The translations under genes were made by a program, and so were the position numbers. A stretch of 64,000 nt of DNA from Gordius albopunctatus (taxonomy: Eukaryota). This document shows, piece by piece, positions 1-12,800 of this stretch (the first letter of the stretch is position 1; each line of letters opens with the position of its first letter). The DNA is taken from contig OZ193909.1 in NCBI GenBank assembly GCA_964276515.1, forward strand, positions 3,100,001 to 3,164,000, in the 5' to 3' direction. Under the pieces are notes generated by a model. It was not told the origin of the DNA. It saw only the letters and a list, made by a program, of their open reading frames with translations, and ran no database searches.

Positions 1-650
1 TAGATAAGTATAACCTATTAATAAGACTTATCTAAAATGGGGTCATATATGAAATAATAATTCAAATAAATAAAATATCCATAATATTTATTTAGAGCAC
101 GAATTTTATCACGTTATGGTTTTTATGAACACACTATTTTTAGTATATATATAATAAGACAAACCAAATGCGAATTCTGTTTTAGTCATCAAATCCGACT
201 AAAATTAAATGTTTTTGAAAAATTTGCTGATCAATGCTGTTACTTATTATACAATAATACCATTATTTTATTTTTCTAGTTAGCTGATTTATTTGAAATA
301 CAATTTTTTTTAATATAATAAAATAATTAATTGAAGGATGGATAATTATTAAAAATATGCTTCTATGATCGACCACGTGATAATAATTTAAATTTTATTT
401 ATTTAATTTAAATAGTTGATCAAACCCTAATAATTTTGACCGTATACTGTAACATTTTTATTATACTTTTAAATATCTAATTCGAGAAAACTTCAACCTT
501 GTATGTATGACGTCATTATTGTATATGCTGCTATAAATTAAACTGGCCGGGAAATTTCCGATATTTTTAAAAAGAAAAGGTATTTTTGGAATCTGAAAAG
601 GGCCCGTATTTTACCACTGGCATCCTTGGGCATCTACGGCTAAATTTTCA

Positions 651-1146
651 CATACATACATACATACATACATACATACATACATACATACATACATACA
701 TACATACATACATACATACATACATACATACATACATACATACATACATACATACATACATACATACATACATACATACATACATACATACATACATACA
801 TACATACATACATACATACATACATACATACATACATACATACATACATACATACATACATACATACATACATACATACATACATACATACATACATACA
901 TACATACATACATACATACATACATACATACATACATACATACATACATACATACATACATACATACATACATACATACATACATACATACATACATACA
1001 TACATACATACATACATACATACATACATACATACATACATACATACATACATACATACATACATACATACATACATACATACATACATACATACATACA
1101 TACATACATACATACATACATACATACATACATACATACATACATA
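651..1146. repeat. Perfect tetranucleotide microsatellite (CATA)124
   Basis: Uninterrupted CATA units from 651 to 1146 (496 bp). This array explains the HTYI/MYVC ORFs. Confidence 0.98.
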
Positions 1147-1789
1147 GTAAATTCATTATTTAGATTTAGGATGGTAAATTGAGATAATTGAGATTCCTTT
1201 AATATTGGATATTTAGGACACTCAAGTCTAACTAATAATAAATCTATCACATAAAATTTCAATTTTAGTAATTTTAGCTTGTTTAATAAAATATGAGTGG
1301 CCCTTAGGGCTTGTAAATAACACAGGTCTACAAAAAAAACCATCCTGCAATCGAACCTATAATTCTGATGGAGAATTTGCCCTGAACAATAATCTGTTTT
1401 TAGTTTTTTCCAAAAATTTAAGTTTTCAAGATGAACGAGGTTGAAAATGCAAAAAATTCCCATTTTAATCTTTTTGAAGCTATATTTTATTAAACTATTC
1501 CTGTATATTAAAGTGTCCTCTATAGGTTCATTATTTTAGTTTTTTGTTTCACCTCTATAAATTTATTTGCGTTAACGTGAGCCATTCCTCTTATCAAAAT
1601 TAATCCCACTATGGTTGGAAAACGGAGACATTAGAGTAAATACTGCGTACGCGATGTTTACTAACACATCCCCCTCCCCCCTGACGATTAAACAAAGTAC
1701 TAAATTTGGCTGATATGGCTAAAGAATTTTTGAGCACCTTAGCGAATTTTGTGCATGACAAACGATTGATTTTGAAAGCTACTATTACT

Positions 1790-2660
1790 ATTTGAAAAGG
1801 CCATGATAGATTAAATTCAATCATGAGTCTGCCAAGATTTAGTATCGAACTCGGGACACTTCTGAAATTTTCAAGCTAAAAATCACATTATGCATTTGTT
1901 TGCCATTTTCATTACTTTTCACATTATAATTGTAGGGTTGGCAGGTGCATTCTAATCTATAAAATTTTCTGTGAATATAGGCCTGTAGGGAGAAGCTGCT
2001 GTCCGAAAAGTATCCAATGCATGTTTGTAGTTTCTAGGACAATATAATAATAATAATAAACAATAAATCTTTTAGTAACGAAGTGATAATAATAGTTATA
2101 TCGATGTTTTATATAATGACTTAATTTTGTAGCTGCTAACTAAGGGTCTCAGCAAATTTAATTATGCGATTACAAAGGCTGTCTAAAATTCAAAAATTTA
2201 TTTATTAAATGAAAGTTTTTGCATGAAGTGACAGATGATATTTTTTTAAAATCTGTCCATATGATAGAAACTTATAAAGGGTTCAAATTTATTCAATTTT
2301 GTTTAGTAACGTAGTACAAGCGTAATAATAACATCTTTTAAATTTATTAGATTTTATTGGAAGTCATAAACTTTATAAAAAAGCAGTTATAAAATAGATA
2401 ATAAATAGTAAGACAGTGCACAAACAATATTAGTAACATGTTCTTAGAGATTAAAAAAAAGAGATTCTCCATTCTATTTTTTAATGGTTTTTATTTACAA
2501 TATTATTTTAAAAAATCATAAATTTACATTATATATTATAATTTTTAAGTCAAGACATGTCAACCGAGAATCTTCTAACTCTAGACGAGATCGAGATTCA
2601 GGACTTATTTTGCTTTTTAGACCGAGACAAGACGAGATCGAAACATTAGCGAAATACGCA
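1790..2660 (-). mobile_element. Degenerate copy of a dispersed non-autonomous DNA-transposon family (hAT-like, TCTCGTCTCG-rich end)
   Basis: 2545-2660 (GAGACGAGATCGAGA...CCGAGACAAGACGAGATCG) is the reverse complement of 13935-14010 and 17450-17640. 2220-2350 matches 14215-14330 (rc) and 1790-1880 matches 16925-17015 (rc). Boundaries are approximate. Confidence 0.55.
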
Positions 2661-3527
2661 TATTCTAAATATTGAAACTAAATAAAGAAAATTAACATTA
2701 CCCATTTATTTATAGACCCAAATTTAATAGTTGAATAATTTAGTTAAAATTAAATACACTCAAATTTGTCATTTTAAAATTATACATAATTTATGCAAAA
2801 TTAAAACAAAATAGTTAAATCTAATAGTATTATAAAATATAATAAGAGGTATAATTATTAAATAAAAGTACAAAATATAATCAGAAATTTTATAATTTTT
2901 AATCTTATCTTATTAAATGCTTTTTAGAAATTTGCCCATAAAAAATTATTTTCTTATCTTGGCAAAAAAATATCATAAACTTTATTAATCAAACTTCGAG
3001 AAATTCGGATTTTTCCATCGAAAAAACGTCGGGAAGTCCGGTTTGCAAATTTTTTAAGAGGCGATTCGCTATCCATAACACATCAAAAGTTTTATTTTTA
3101 ATTCTTTTTTAAGTAATTAACACTTTTAAGCATGTCTGAGTCTTAATATAAAAATATTTGAATAATTGTTTTTTTTGTTCTGAAAACTAATTCAATTTAA
3201 TAAAGCAGTACAGAACTATTTTTTATTTTTTAATAATTTATAAAGTGGAATTAATGAGACATGTTAGATCTAATATGTTAGATATTGAGCAATGTCAATT
3301 CTTTGAATATATATAGTTTACGCGTACCTAATTAGCAAAATTAAATAATTTTTATATTACTGGTTATTTTGTCCAATAAACAAGCGCACGCGCACACAAA
3401 CAAATTATTTACGTCGGATATCTAAAAAGTTTAGGGTACATTTGGTATGTGATATAAAAGAACGCCAACAATACACTATAGAAGGCACAAATTAAGGATC
3501 TTTTTGAAAGTTTAACAAATTTATATT

Positions 3528-4565
3528 ATGTCTGATCACGGAGACGAACATTACAATGACGCAAATGGTGAAGAATGGGCTCCCAATCACGTGGAAGAAA
3601 ACGGCATTCACGATGAGGAAGAATTAAGCAATGAAGTCAAAACTGGTACATAATTTGAGATTTACTTTTTATTATTTGTTAGAAGGTGGACAGGAAAATA
3701 ATTATAATAGAAATAATGAAAAGGAATTGGCTTCTGAAACTGTTGTCATTCAAAACAAAAGATATTATTTGGATGTAAAAGAGAACTCCTATGGAAAGTT
3801 TGTGAAATTGGCTCAGGTTGTTCCAAATCGTGTAAAACAAAGAATTGTTTTTGCCATGGATAAAGTAGTAGAATTTAGGAACATACTGTCTGAGTTTGGA
3901 GAATATTATGCCACCTTAGGTAAAAAAGGCTTGTTTTTATTCCCTAAATTAATTAAAGGCCCACCCCCTGAGCTCAATGCCCAGACAAGAGGTGCAATTT
4001 TAAAGAATAAAATGATTACTGCTAGAAACAGGAAATATTGGCTTGACTTGAAAGATACAACAAGGGGGCGAATTTTAAAAGTAAATAAATTTTTATACTC
4101 ATAGAAACTTGTAAGGTGAGTCAAATTATGGCTAAATCTCAAACAAGATCAGTTATTATAATCCCAGCGCAAGGCATCATTGAGTTGAGAAATAAATTGA
4201 CTCATTTAATGGATGAATTTGCTACAGAAGAAGGTGTCCATATTTTTTATATTCACATAATTTGATGTTTTATTATAATTAGATTTGCGCTCAAGTGAAA
4301 GCAAGAATGATAATATAAGAATAGGAAACAAGCGTGTATATTTTGAAGTTAGAAAGAATCCCAGGGGAAGATATTTAAGAATATCTGAGGTTTGCTAAAT
4401 CAATAAAAATATTTGATGTTATTATAGGTTCGCAATAATATGACAACTGCATCAATTATAATCCCAGAAAATTCTTTGGATCTTTTTAAGGACATGTATA
4501 TTTCATTTTCTGAGGATATGGCACTTAGTGCTGAGCCTAAAGAAAAAGTTGTCGTAGAAAATTAA
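3528..4565 (+). CDS. PURA: Transcriptional activator / RNA-binding protein Pur-alpha homologue, 279 aa, 6 exons
   Basis: Exons 3528-3645, 3683-3919, 3959-4080, 4116-4233, 4283-4389, 4428-4565 join in frame with GT-AG introns of 37, 39, 35, 49 and 38 nt. Three PUR repeats are present: ELASETVVIQNKRYYLDVKENSYGKFVKL, NRKYWLDLKDTTRGRILKVSQ...IIIPAQGIIELRNKL, and GNKRVYFEVRKNPRGRYLRISEVRNN...SIIIPE. Confidence 0.93.
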
Positions 4566-5313
4566 TATGTTGTAATATCCAAATTGCTTATAAAGATATT
4601 GTCTTAACACTTTTGTTGATTATATTCAATGCTCTTACACCGTAGTTTGATAACTCTTTAGGTAGTTTGTACCCTAAGGAAAGTTAAAATTATGTATTAT
4701 TGTTCATCATAATATTTTTATTATGTATTATTGACCTAACTGTTTATTTTTTGTTTTGCTGACATTATAGTTAATTTTTATATGACACCATATACACTTG
4801 TATATATATATATATTATTGACCAATAAATGTGGGTATAACTTACATAATTAGTTTACCCATCTATTGTAGTATTTGCAATTATTTGTGTATTTAAATTT
4901 GTGCAATGGTTTTTAAGGTGTTTAATTACTATTTGCCTTAAAATTGCAATATATTAGTTTTATTAATGATTTTGGCCATTTAGTGGTTAAATGTGATGCC
5001 TATTTATTTGCAAATAGATTCATATATATGTTATTACATTTCATTTAGTGTTTATATTCATTATTTTTTTATTTTATCAAATAAAATGACAATGAGCTTA
5101 TATATATGATTGTGTCTTAATACTTTATATTAAATTTTTATTCATTAGTTTATAATAATTTAGTGTATAACAAGTCAGTGTTAATGCTTTTTTCCCAACA
5201 GTGTTTCCATTATCGGCTAAATTGTCTTTCTCTTGCAAGGGAAATACATCCCTGTTTTTTATATTAAACAAAGTTTTAAATTGCAATTAACAGATTAATA
5301 ATTTACATATTAA

Positions 5314-6096
5314 CCCTCCAATGTATTTATAGAAATCCCAACCCTGAAGTGACTGACTTATGGGGTTTATAAAATCCCATTCTTAATATGATCATAATTT
5401 TAAAACCAATAGAGTAACACTTCTCAAATTTTAAATACAAGTTTATTAAAGCCTCTTATAGGTTTGTAAAAAAATAATTTAATTATAAATGGTAATTCTA
5501 AAATTATATGCAATTTAGCAAACACAAAAAATGATTAAAAATCAAAATGACCTGTTTTATTTTTGTAATGGAGACCAAAGTTAGTAGAAATATAAAAAGC
5601 AAATGTTTTTTTATTAAAAGAAGGGTTTAATAATATAAAAAACATACATTCATGATAAAATGATTATACAGTAAAAAAATAGAAGAATCTAAAAAATGGT
5701 CATTTTTTTCGCAATTTTTGCAAAATATTACAGTGTGATCAACACAAACAGGGTTTTGACACCTATTGCACAAAAATCTTGTTTTCTATAAACAAATATA
5801 ACTAGCCATATAGATCCAAATGTTATACACATGCTTTAATTACTATTTTTAAGTAAAAAAAATTGATAAAAAATATATAAAAAACTTTCTTAATTGACCT
5901 TATGAGGTTTATAGGACCCCAAACACTTATATCTCCAAAAGTATTTAGGCAAATCCTATGAAATTTTCATGAAATGTAGCTTTTGCATAATTATGAAAAC
6001 TCTAAAAAAACCAAATCTCTAAGTCTAAAACTCTTTAAGTGGTGTTAAATTATAACTTTTGTGGGGTTTGTTAGACCCCATAAGTACATTGGAGGG
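5314..6096. mobile_element. piggyBac-like non-autonomous element
   Basis: TTAA at 5310-5313 is followed by CCCTCCAATGTA; the inverted copy TACATTGGAGGG ends at 6096 (the right-hand TTAA has decayed to TTCT). Subterminal GGGGT..ACCCC-type palindromes are present and there is no ORF. Confidence 0.65.
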
Positions 6097-6461
6097 TTCT
6101 ACACTAGCAAAAGCTATCATTTCAAACTAATATTATTGTTTTACTAAGCTTTATTACTTCTGATTAAATTTTTTTATTTCATCTATTTGACTATAGCTTA
6201 GGTAGTTTTGTCAGATTTTTTGCATAATTTCATGTATAGATATAATAAATGATAGTTTTTATCTATAAGTTTATAATATTAAGAGTTCTTTTAACTTAGG
6301 AAAAGTATTTTAATTAAAATTTCTAACTCTTCCTAAAAATATCATCATTAAATGCTAATTAATGTGTTAATAATAGCAGTCATTAGTTGGCCCACATTAT
6401 ATAATTTAAAGTGAATACTGTTTAGAATTACTTAATTGTTCTTAATTATAAAAGGTATGGG

Positions 6462-7028
6462 TAGAGCCCTGCATGGGCAGCTCAAGGACCACCCTGAGGC
6501 CCTAGCCTGGCCCAAATTGACTAAATCAAATTAATCCTTTATAAAACCCATAAATTGCATAGCACATAATATGATTTAAACAAACTCAACTCAATATTTA
6601 ATAAATATCTTTGTACAATGTAAATATTACAGCTTCCAAACTTCAGCTTTTTTACCCTGTTTATTATAATATATTGACCTAAATTGCAAATCTTATTCTA
6701 GTATTTAAATATATTCATAGTAGCTGTTACTTTAGAAATAAAATAAGGAAATATTTTAAAAAGTTTTTTATTTGTACTGTTGGATAAAAATAATTTTACA
6801 AAGTTAGATCTCAAGTTTTAAAATATTAGCTGAATAAATTGTAGTAAATGAAAATTTTATTTCAAACTTATCCTAGTTGTAAATTATGAGCAATAAAAAT
6901 TTAATGCAATATGTATTTATATGGTAAAATATGTTTGAAAATTCTCTATCTGAAAAACTGGGTTGGGCTAAAAATAAAAAAGTCATTCGGCTCGGGCCAA
7001 ATTTCAACTGAGATTTTGCAGGGCTCTA
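6462..7028. mobile_element. hAT-like MITE
   Basis: Perfect 12-bp TIRs TAGAGCCCTGCA / TGCAGGGCTCTA. Both flanks begin GGTA (a decayed 8-bp TSD). A related copy with GCCCGA repeats lies at 25542-25858. Confidence 0.6.
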
Positions 7029-7129
7029 GGTAGTTAACCCCAATTTTAACTATTGATCATTTCACATGAACTATGTTAAAATGAGAATTGGAAAGAAAGA
7101 TTATGGTCAGACAAAACAGATGTTGAAAC

Positions 7130-7272
7130 TAGTATTGTAAAAACGCCTTGGTTTTTTTGGTCCACCTCTCATTTAATTAAGAAGACTAATGGTCAACTCT
7201 GGTTTGTGTTTCACATTTTGACCAAGCTTAGAGGTCGGCTAAGAAAAACAGACCAAAAACTGTTTTACACCA
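7130..7272. mobile_element. hAT-like MITE (TAGTGTTGTAAAAA family)
   Basis: Begins TAGTATTGTAAAAACG, has internal TTGGTC/GACCAA repeats, and is similar to 7654-7993, 36903-37066 and 52070-52185. Confidence 0.55.
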
Positions 7273-7653
7273 GTTCAAGCTATAAAAATGAATAAAGGAC
7301 GATATAAAAACGGATAAAAGTTTGAAAAAATTATGTTTTTAATATATTAAATAGTTTTTAAGAGTAGCACCTTCAAGCTACACGTTGCTGAATTTTTTCA
7401 ACTTGCTACGATCCTCAAGAAAAATTGATAAAACAGTAACTTACACTTGCTTCCCCCTCGATATCTAGATTTTAATAACCATTTAAAAAATATTATTTAT
7501 AAAAAACCATGTTTAAAATAATATAATTCATAGAGCCTATTTCACATAAAAACATGTTCAAAAATTTAAATTCTAAATTGCGCTTTGTTTTCAATGAGAT
7601 TTTTCATTTTATACATCCTAGCTTTTCTGAATTACCTCCAATATGGTCAGCAG

Positions 7654-7993
7654 TAGTGTTGTAAAAATGGCTGGGTTGTTTAACTGACCTTTGGTTTAAC
7701 CCAGACTAATGGTTCTATCTGGTCTGTTTCTCAAATTTTGACTAGGCCTAGCATGGGCGTACCCAGGGGGGTTTCAAGCTAAAACATTGAAAAATTAAAA
7801 TTTTTTATTTTTTGCCTCCCTCTAAATGAACTTTAAAACGTTTTGCCCCCCTTCCTAATTCCAAACCTGGGTACACCCATGAGGCCTAGTGATTTAACTA
7901 AGAAAAATAGACAAAATATCTTTGGTCTATTTATGTTTAGTCAAATCAAACCAAAAACCTACCAAACAAAATCCAGCCATTTTTAAAGCAGTA
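7654..7993. mobile_element. hAT-like MITE (TAGTGTTGTAAAAA family) carrying a nested MITE
   Basis: TAGTGTTGTAAAAATGGCTGG ... CCAGCCATTTTTAAAGCAGTA are imperfect TIRs. The element is interrupted by 7752-7881. Confidence 0.6.
7752..7881. mobile_element. G-tract MITE (CATGGGCGTA TIR family)
   Basis: TIRs CATGGGCGTACCCAGG / CCTGGGTACACCCATG; perfect 8-bp TSD AGGCCTAG at 7744-7751 and 7882-7889. Confidence 0.85.
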
Positions 7994-9811
7994 GTGGCTA
8001 GGTGGTACTGACATGATTTAAAAATTTTGATAAACTTTTTTTAAAATTTTAGGGATAATTTTAAATAAAATAAATTAATTTTTGGTAAAATTTTTTCAAA
8101 CTCAAATATTGTTTTGATTTCATTTGTCACATAATGTTGTGGATGATGTTAAATTATTTTGGTAAAAGTTGGCTTCAAAATCATAAGTTGGCTGGATCTT
8201 AAAATGAGTGTCTATTAATTCAGTTTAAAAAAAGTAAGCTTAGTCAGGATTCACCCAAATTTTTCAAAATTGAATTCACAATCAAAAAACATTTCTTAAA
8301 TTGTCTAAAAACAGTTTTTATGTAATAAGATCTACTTTATCATAGCAATTTATATGCAACAACATTACTAAAGTTAATAAGTGTGATCAAGTAATAAGTG
8401 ATTTTAAAAAATTTATGATAACTGCCCTTTCAAAAGTGTACTGAAAAGAACTTACTGTTTAAAAAAATGATAAAATTTGCTATTCTAATAAGCACTATTA
8501 TTTTACTACTCATTAAATATTAAATGACTTACATATATATGTTAACATATATGCCATTATATATATTTTTTTAATTAAACCAAATACTAAACATAAATTT
8601 GTCTATAAGTTTAATATATTTGTATTGGGATAACAAAAAATAGATAGTTTTTTTTCAATTTATATACAATAAAGTAAGAATTAGAAATGTATATAATAGT
8701 TTTAAGGTATATTTGATATAACATTAAGTTCATTATAATGCCCTTAAAGATAAAATTATTAAATTTAAGGCAAAAATTAATAATTAAATTTTTAGGACAT
8801 TCTAGTTTCATTTGAGTTAATGAAGATGGCAACAAATGATATTAATAAAAAAAATATTTTGACTTGTAATCATGTAATGACCCAAAGTTGAATGATAGTC
8901 ATTGAAAAAATTTATTTAAATTATAACATTTTAATCATATATAATTTGCAAATAAATATTTGACAAAATTTAATATTTATGGAAATCAATCTAAAAATAT
9001 TTATAATAAATGTTGGTAATATTTTAATTACCCCAAATTAATATACTAGTACCCAAACATAAGCAAAAAAATGCTATATATGGACTTTTTCGTTCTCCAA
9101 TTCTGGCAGCTTTCCAAAGAGTATTTACTATTCTAATTTTAAGGGCATTAAAAATAAAATAATGAATTTTTACCCTCCTTTATTCTTATCAAGTAAACTA
9201 GGAAATAAATATTTTATGTATGTACAGGTACATATTATCAAAACTATAACTATTAGGAGGCTTTGAAAATTGAATAAAGCAGACTAAAAAGAAAATATTA
9301 GTTATTATCATTTACAATACCATAACTCAATATTTAGTAAACATGTGTAATTTCAGGGTACACGACATCATGGGACTAATTTTGTATAAAATGTAAAACC
9401 CATAGACTAATAAAACTATAGACTGCCGAACAGTCGAGAATTTTTAAATAAGGGTGTAGTCCGCCATTTCTTTCGTCTCGTAAACTATTTAAGAGCTATG
9501 TGCGCTATTTATTTCGCTGGATTTTAATATAAGCTTACAAAAGCCCAAACAAAAAGTAAAACCTATGTTTATATAAGAATAAATTAGAACTACATTAGAA
9601 ATAGTTAAAATTGTCTAGAATTTCTTTATATTTTAGGAAATAAAATAGTATACGTACCAGATACATTAGCACCATCTATAGTATATTTTATTTACAAAAA
9701 TTATAATATTATATTCGAAGTTACAATTTTACATTAAACAATAAAGGGCATTATGTAAATTTTCACGTGTAAAATCATATTAACAAATTAATCAATTGTC
9801 AATCCATGTAA

Positions 9812-12800
9812 TTATTGCCCCTTAAAAATAACGGCCTAATTCAGTTTTTGCATAAGATTAGTTTTAAACTCTTGGTTTGAAATATTACAAAAATTATGGA
9901 GTAAAATTTTGGTATACATATTAATTATTAACTTAACTAATAATTGTAAATGATTTAATGAACCTAATTCCTGATGAACGATATGATTAACTAATGATGA
10001 AAATATATTAGAGCCAATTAATGAATGAAAAACTTTTATTTCAATTAAAAATAGTATTTTTTTAGAAAAAATTTGATTTGTTTGTTTAAAAAGCCTAAAT
10101 ATACTTTCAGTATTTTTATAAACCTTAATTACATCAGGGGACGGGACAACCAACCCACCTTTGTTTTTTATATTAATTAATAAAATAATCTAAAAATAAA
10201 GAGGATTGACAATTAATTAATGAATTAATACAGGTCTTACATGTTACTTTTTTACGTTAAATCATTTGCCTAACAATGTAACCTCCAATATAAGTTGTTA
10301 CACAATTAATGTAAGGTGAAATGTTTATAATGTTAATATCATAGTTGTTCATGTCTTCTTCATCATTGTATTCTTCATTTAGCTGACAGAAACTTGCATC
10401 GGCAATGCGAGTATAATCCTGGGGAGAACAATTACCAGAGTAGGGGTAATAAATTTTAGTTATAAAAATTTTGTTCAAACATTGACGTAATTGGGTCGCC
10501 GATGGATTGTTGTTATTGTAGCCTCGGGCCCTGATTAAGCCAAAAAAACTTTCAAGGTGATCCTGAGATAGCTTATAGGTCAATAAATATCTAAATAATC
10601 AGAGATAGTAGAAATAAAGGATAAATTTACTTTAAAGGAGGCTTTGTCTTAATCAAAAGATCTTGTGCCAGAAGTTGTATAGCCTGAATATCTACCAACA
10701 ATCCTAAAATTCCCATTTTTTTATTGGAATGGAGAACAAGTCTTCCATCTGGAAGACTTAAGGATTTAAAATATTTTGCACAGTTAATGTAGAACTCATT
10801 TAAATTATCCAAACAATCCTTGTACAAAGGTTTTTTGTTTCCTTTATGAAGAATATTCTGTGAATTAAAGGTGTCAAAAAGTCTTAAAAATAACTTAGCA
10901 AAAAATTTTTCAAGCTACTGATTCATTATAAGAATAAATTCAATGGTTGGTTGGCAATCCCTAAATGCGTCAGGATCTATTTCCCTGGCAAACTCCAGAG
11001 CATTAGCCACGGATTCCGAAAATAGCTGGGCCGCTAATTTTACCTTTAACTGGTTTTAGTAAAGGTTATGTAAAATAAACCTTCATATTTTGATTATGGT
11101 AAAAAACGTGTGCTTTGGTCAGCTTATTTGCTGCCCTTAGCCCTTCCTGTTGTTGTAAATTATACAACTTCACAATATAGTTCCATTCAATATATATATA
11201 AATATATATATATATATGCGCAGACATGGTATAAATACCCGTGCCTTCCCTCCGGCTATCACTCGTTTATTCTCCCCCTACGTGATACCCTCCAGCCATA
11301 TATCGCCCGTTTCTCACTTACCTGTTTCCCGATAAATTCGCTTTCACATACATATATATGTTTATATTTGCCTACTTTATTCACTACGCTTTTTATTTGT
11401 CACTTATCGCTCGCTCTTGTGATTCTTACGCGTGAATAAAGTCCTCCGGCAGAAGTTCTTTACGAACCAAACCCGGGGGGTCCGGGATCGGCAATAAGCC
11501 GATCTCCGGGCTTTATTATTATATATATATATATATATTATAAAAATTTTTATCAACCTTTCCCTGATAGTTCACAAGATATTCCACCTGCTCAAACATA
11601 TTTCTTACAAGTTTAAGCATATGACACGCATCAAACATGAAATAGATTCTTTCATTTGGACAGGTCTGATTTATGAAATAAGGTTGTAGGGAATCAACCT
11701 CAAAGGATACCTGTTGAAATCATAGATATAGATATATATAGGAAACTGTTGAGCATTAAAATAAAGGTAAATTTAGTGGTGCAACAGTGACATGATAAAA
11801 AATTGAGGTAAAAAAATACACCAATATAACGCAATCAAATAAATACATTAAATAAGAAATCTGAATATTATTCAAAATCAAATTTAAGTCTTAATGTTAT
11901 GAAACAAACAACTTAATAAAAAATAAGTTATTTAAATATACTGCATACCCCTAAACTTTCAGCTGTCCTCTTGTTAGCTGCAAGTCCATCACAGGTTATG
12001 TTTTTGCATATTATTCTACAATCTTTAAGTAGCTCTAATGTGTCTCTTATTAGAGCCACTTGTAAATCTGCAGTAACACAACCAACTAGAAAATACCCAA
12101 GGGGGATTTTCCAATGGCTATTTATGGCAACTGCCATTATAAACAAGGCGCTTTTTGCCTCAGGCAGTAATTCTGATACTACCCCTTGGCCGACATCTAC
12201 ACACCTTAAACATATTATAAGAAAAATTAAATTCATTGTTACCCTTCTAAGCCTTTTTTATAATCAAGATGACGTCTTATTGCCATTTCATCAAATGTAA
12301 GAGATATATATAATGGATCTTGATTCTTTTGTAATTCTTTTAGTATATCAAAAGCCACTTTTAAAAAGCCTAAAATATAAATATTAAGGTAAAAAATAGG
12401 GTTTCAAACATTTTTATGCAAAGTTTAAACATAAAATTGGCCAAGTTGTATTACCTGGCTTTATGTTTTCATTAAGGCACTACTTCCTAATTGTGTTTGG
12501 AGTTGGCATGCAAAATATAGTTCTCATGTATTTGTAAGCTTTGGGTGAGTAATAAAAAAGGGTTATAGCAAACTGTTTCATTTCATCAGGATCGGCCTTG
12601 TTGAAGGGATTATTTATACCACCAGAGCTTAAATGTGTCTTTAGTATAGAAGTGAGAGGGGTATCACCAAAATAATTTGTGATAATATCACCCCCCTCTC
12701 CTGGAATTAGTGCTTTGTTCTCAAGATGACGAGCACATTCTTTTAGTGTTTTAATTTTCTTAGTTTGATAGTATACTTTATTTCTTAAATTTTTAACAGT

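Noticed and set aside
586..1463. Long ORFs of HTYI / MYVC repeats
   Set aside because: These are translation artefacts of the stop-free (CATA)n microsatellite.
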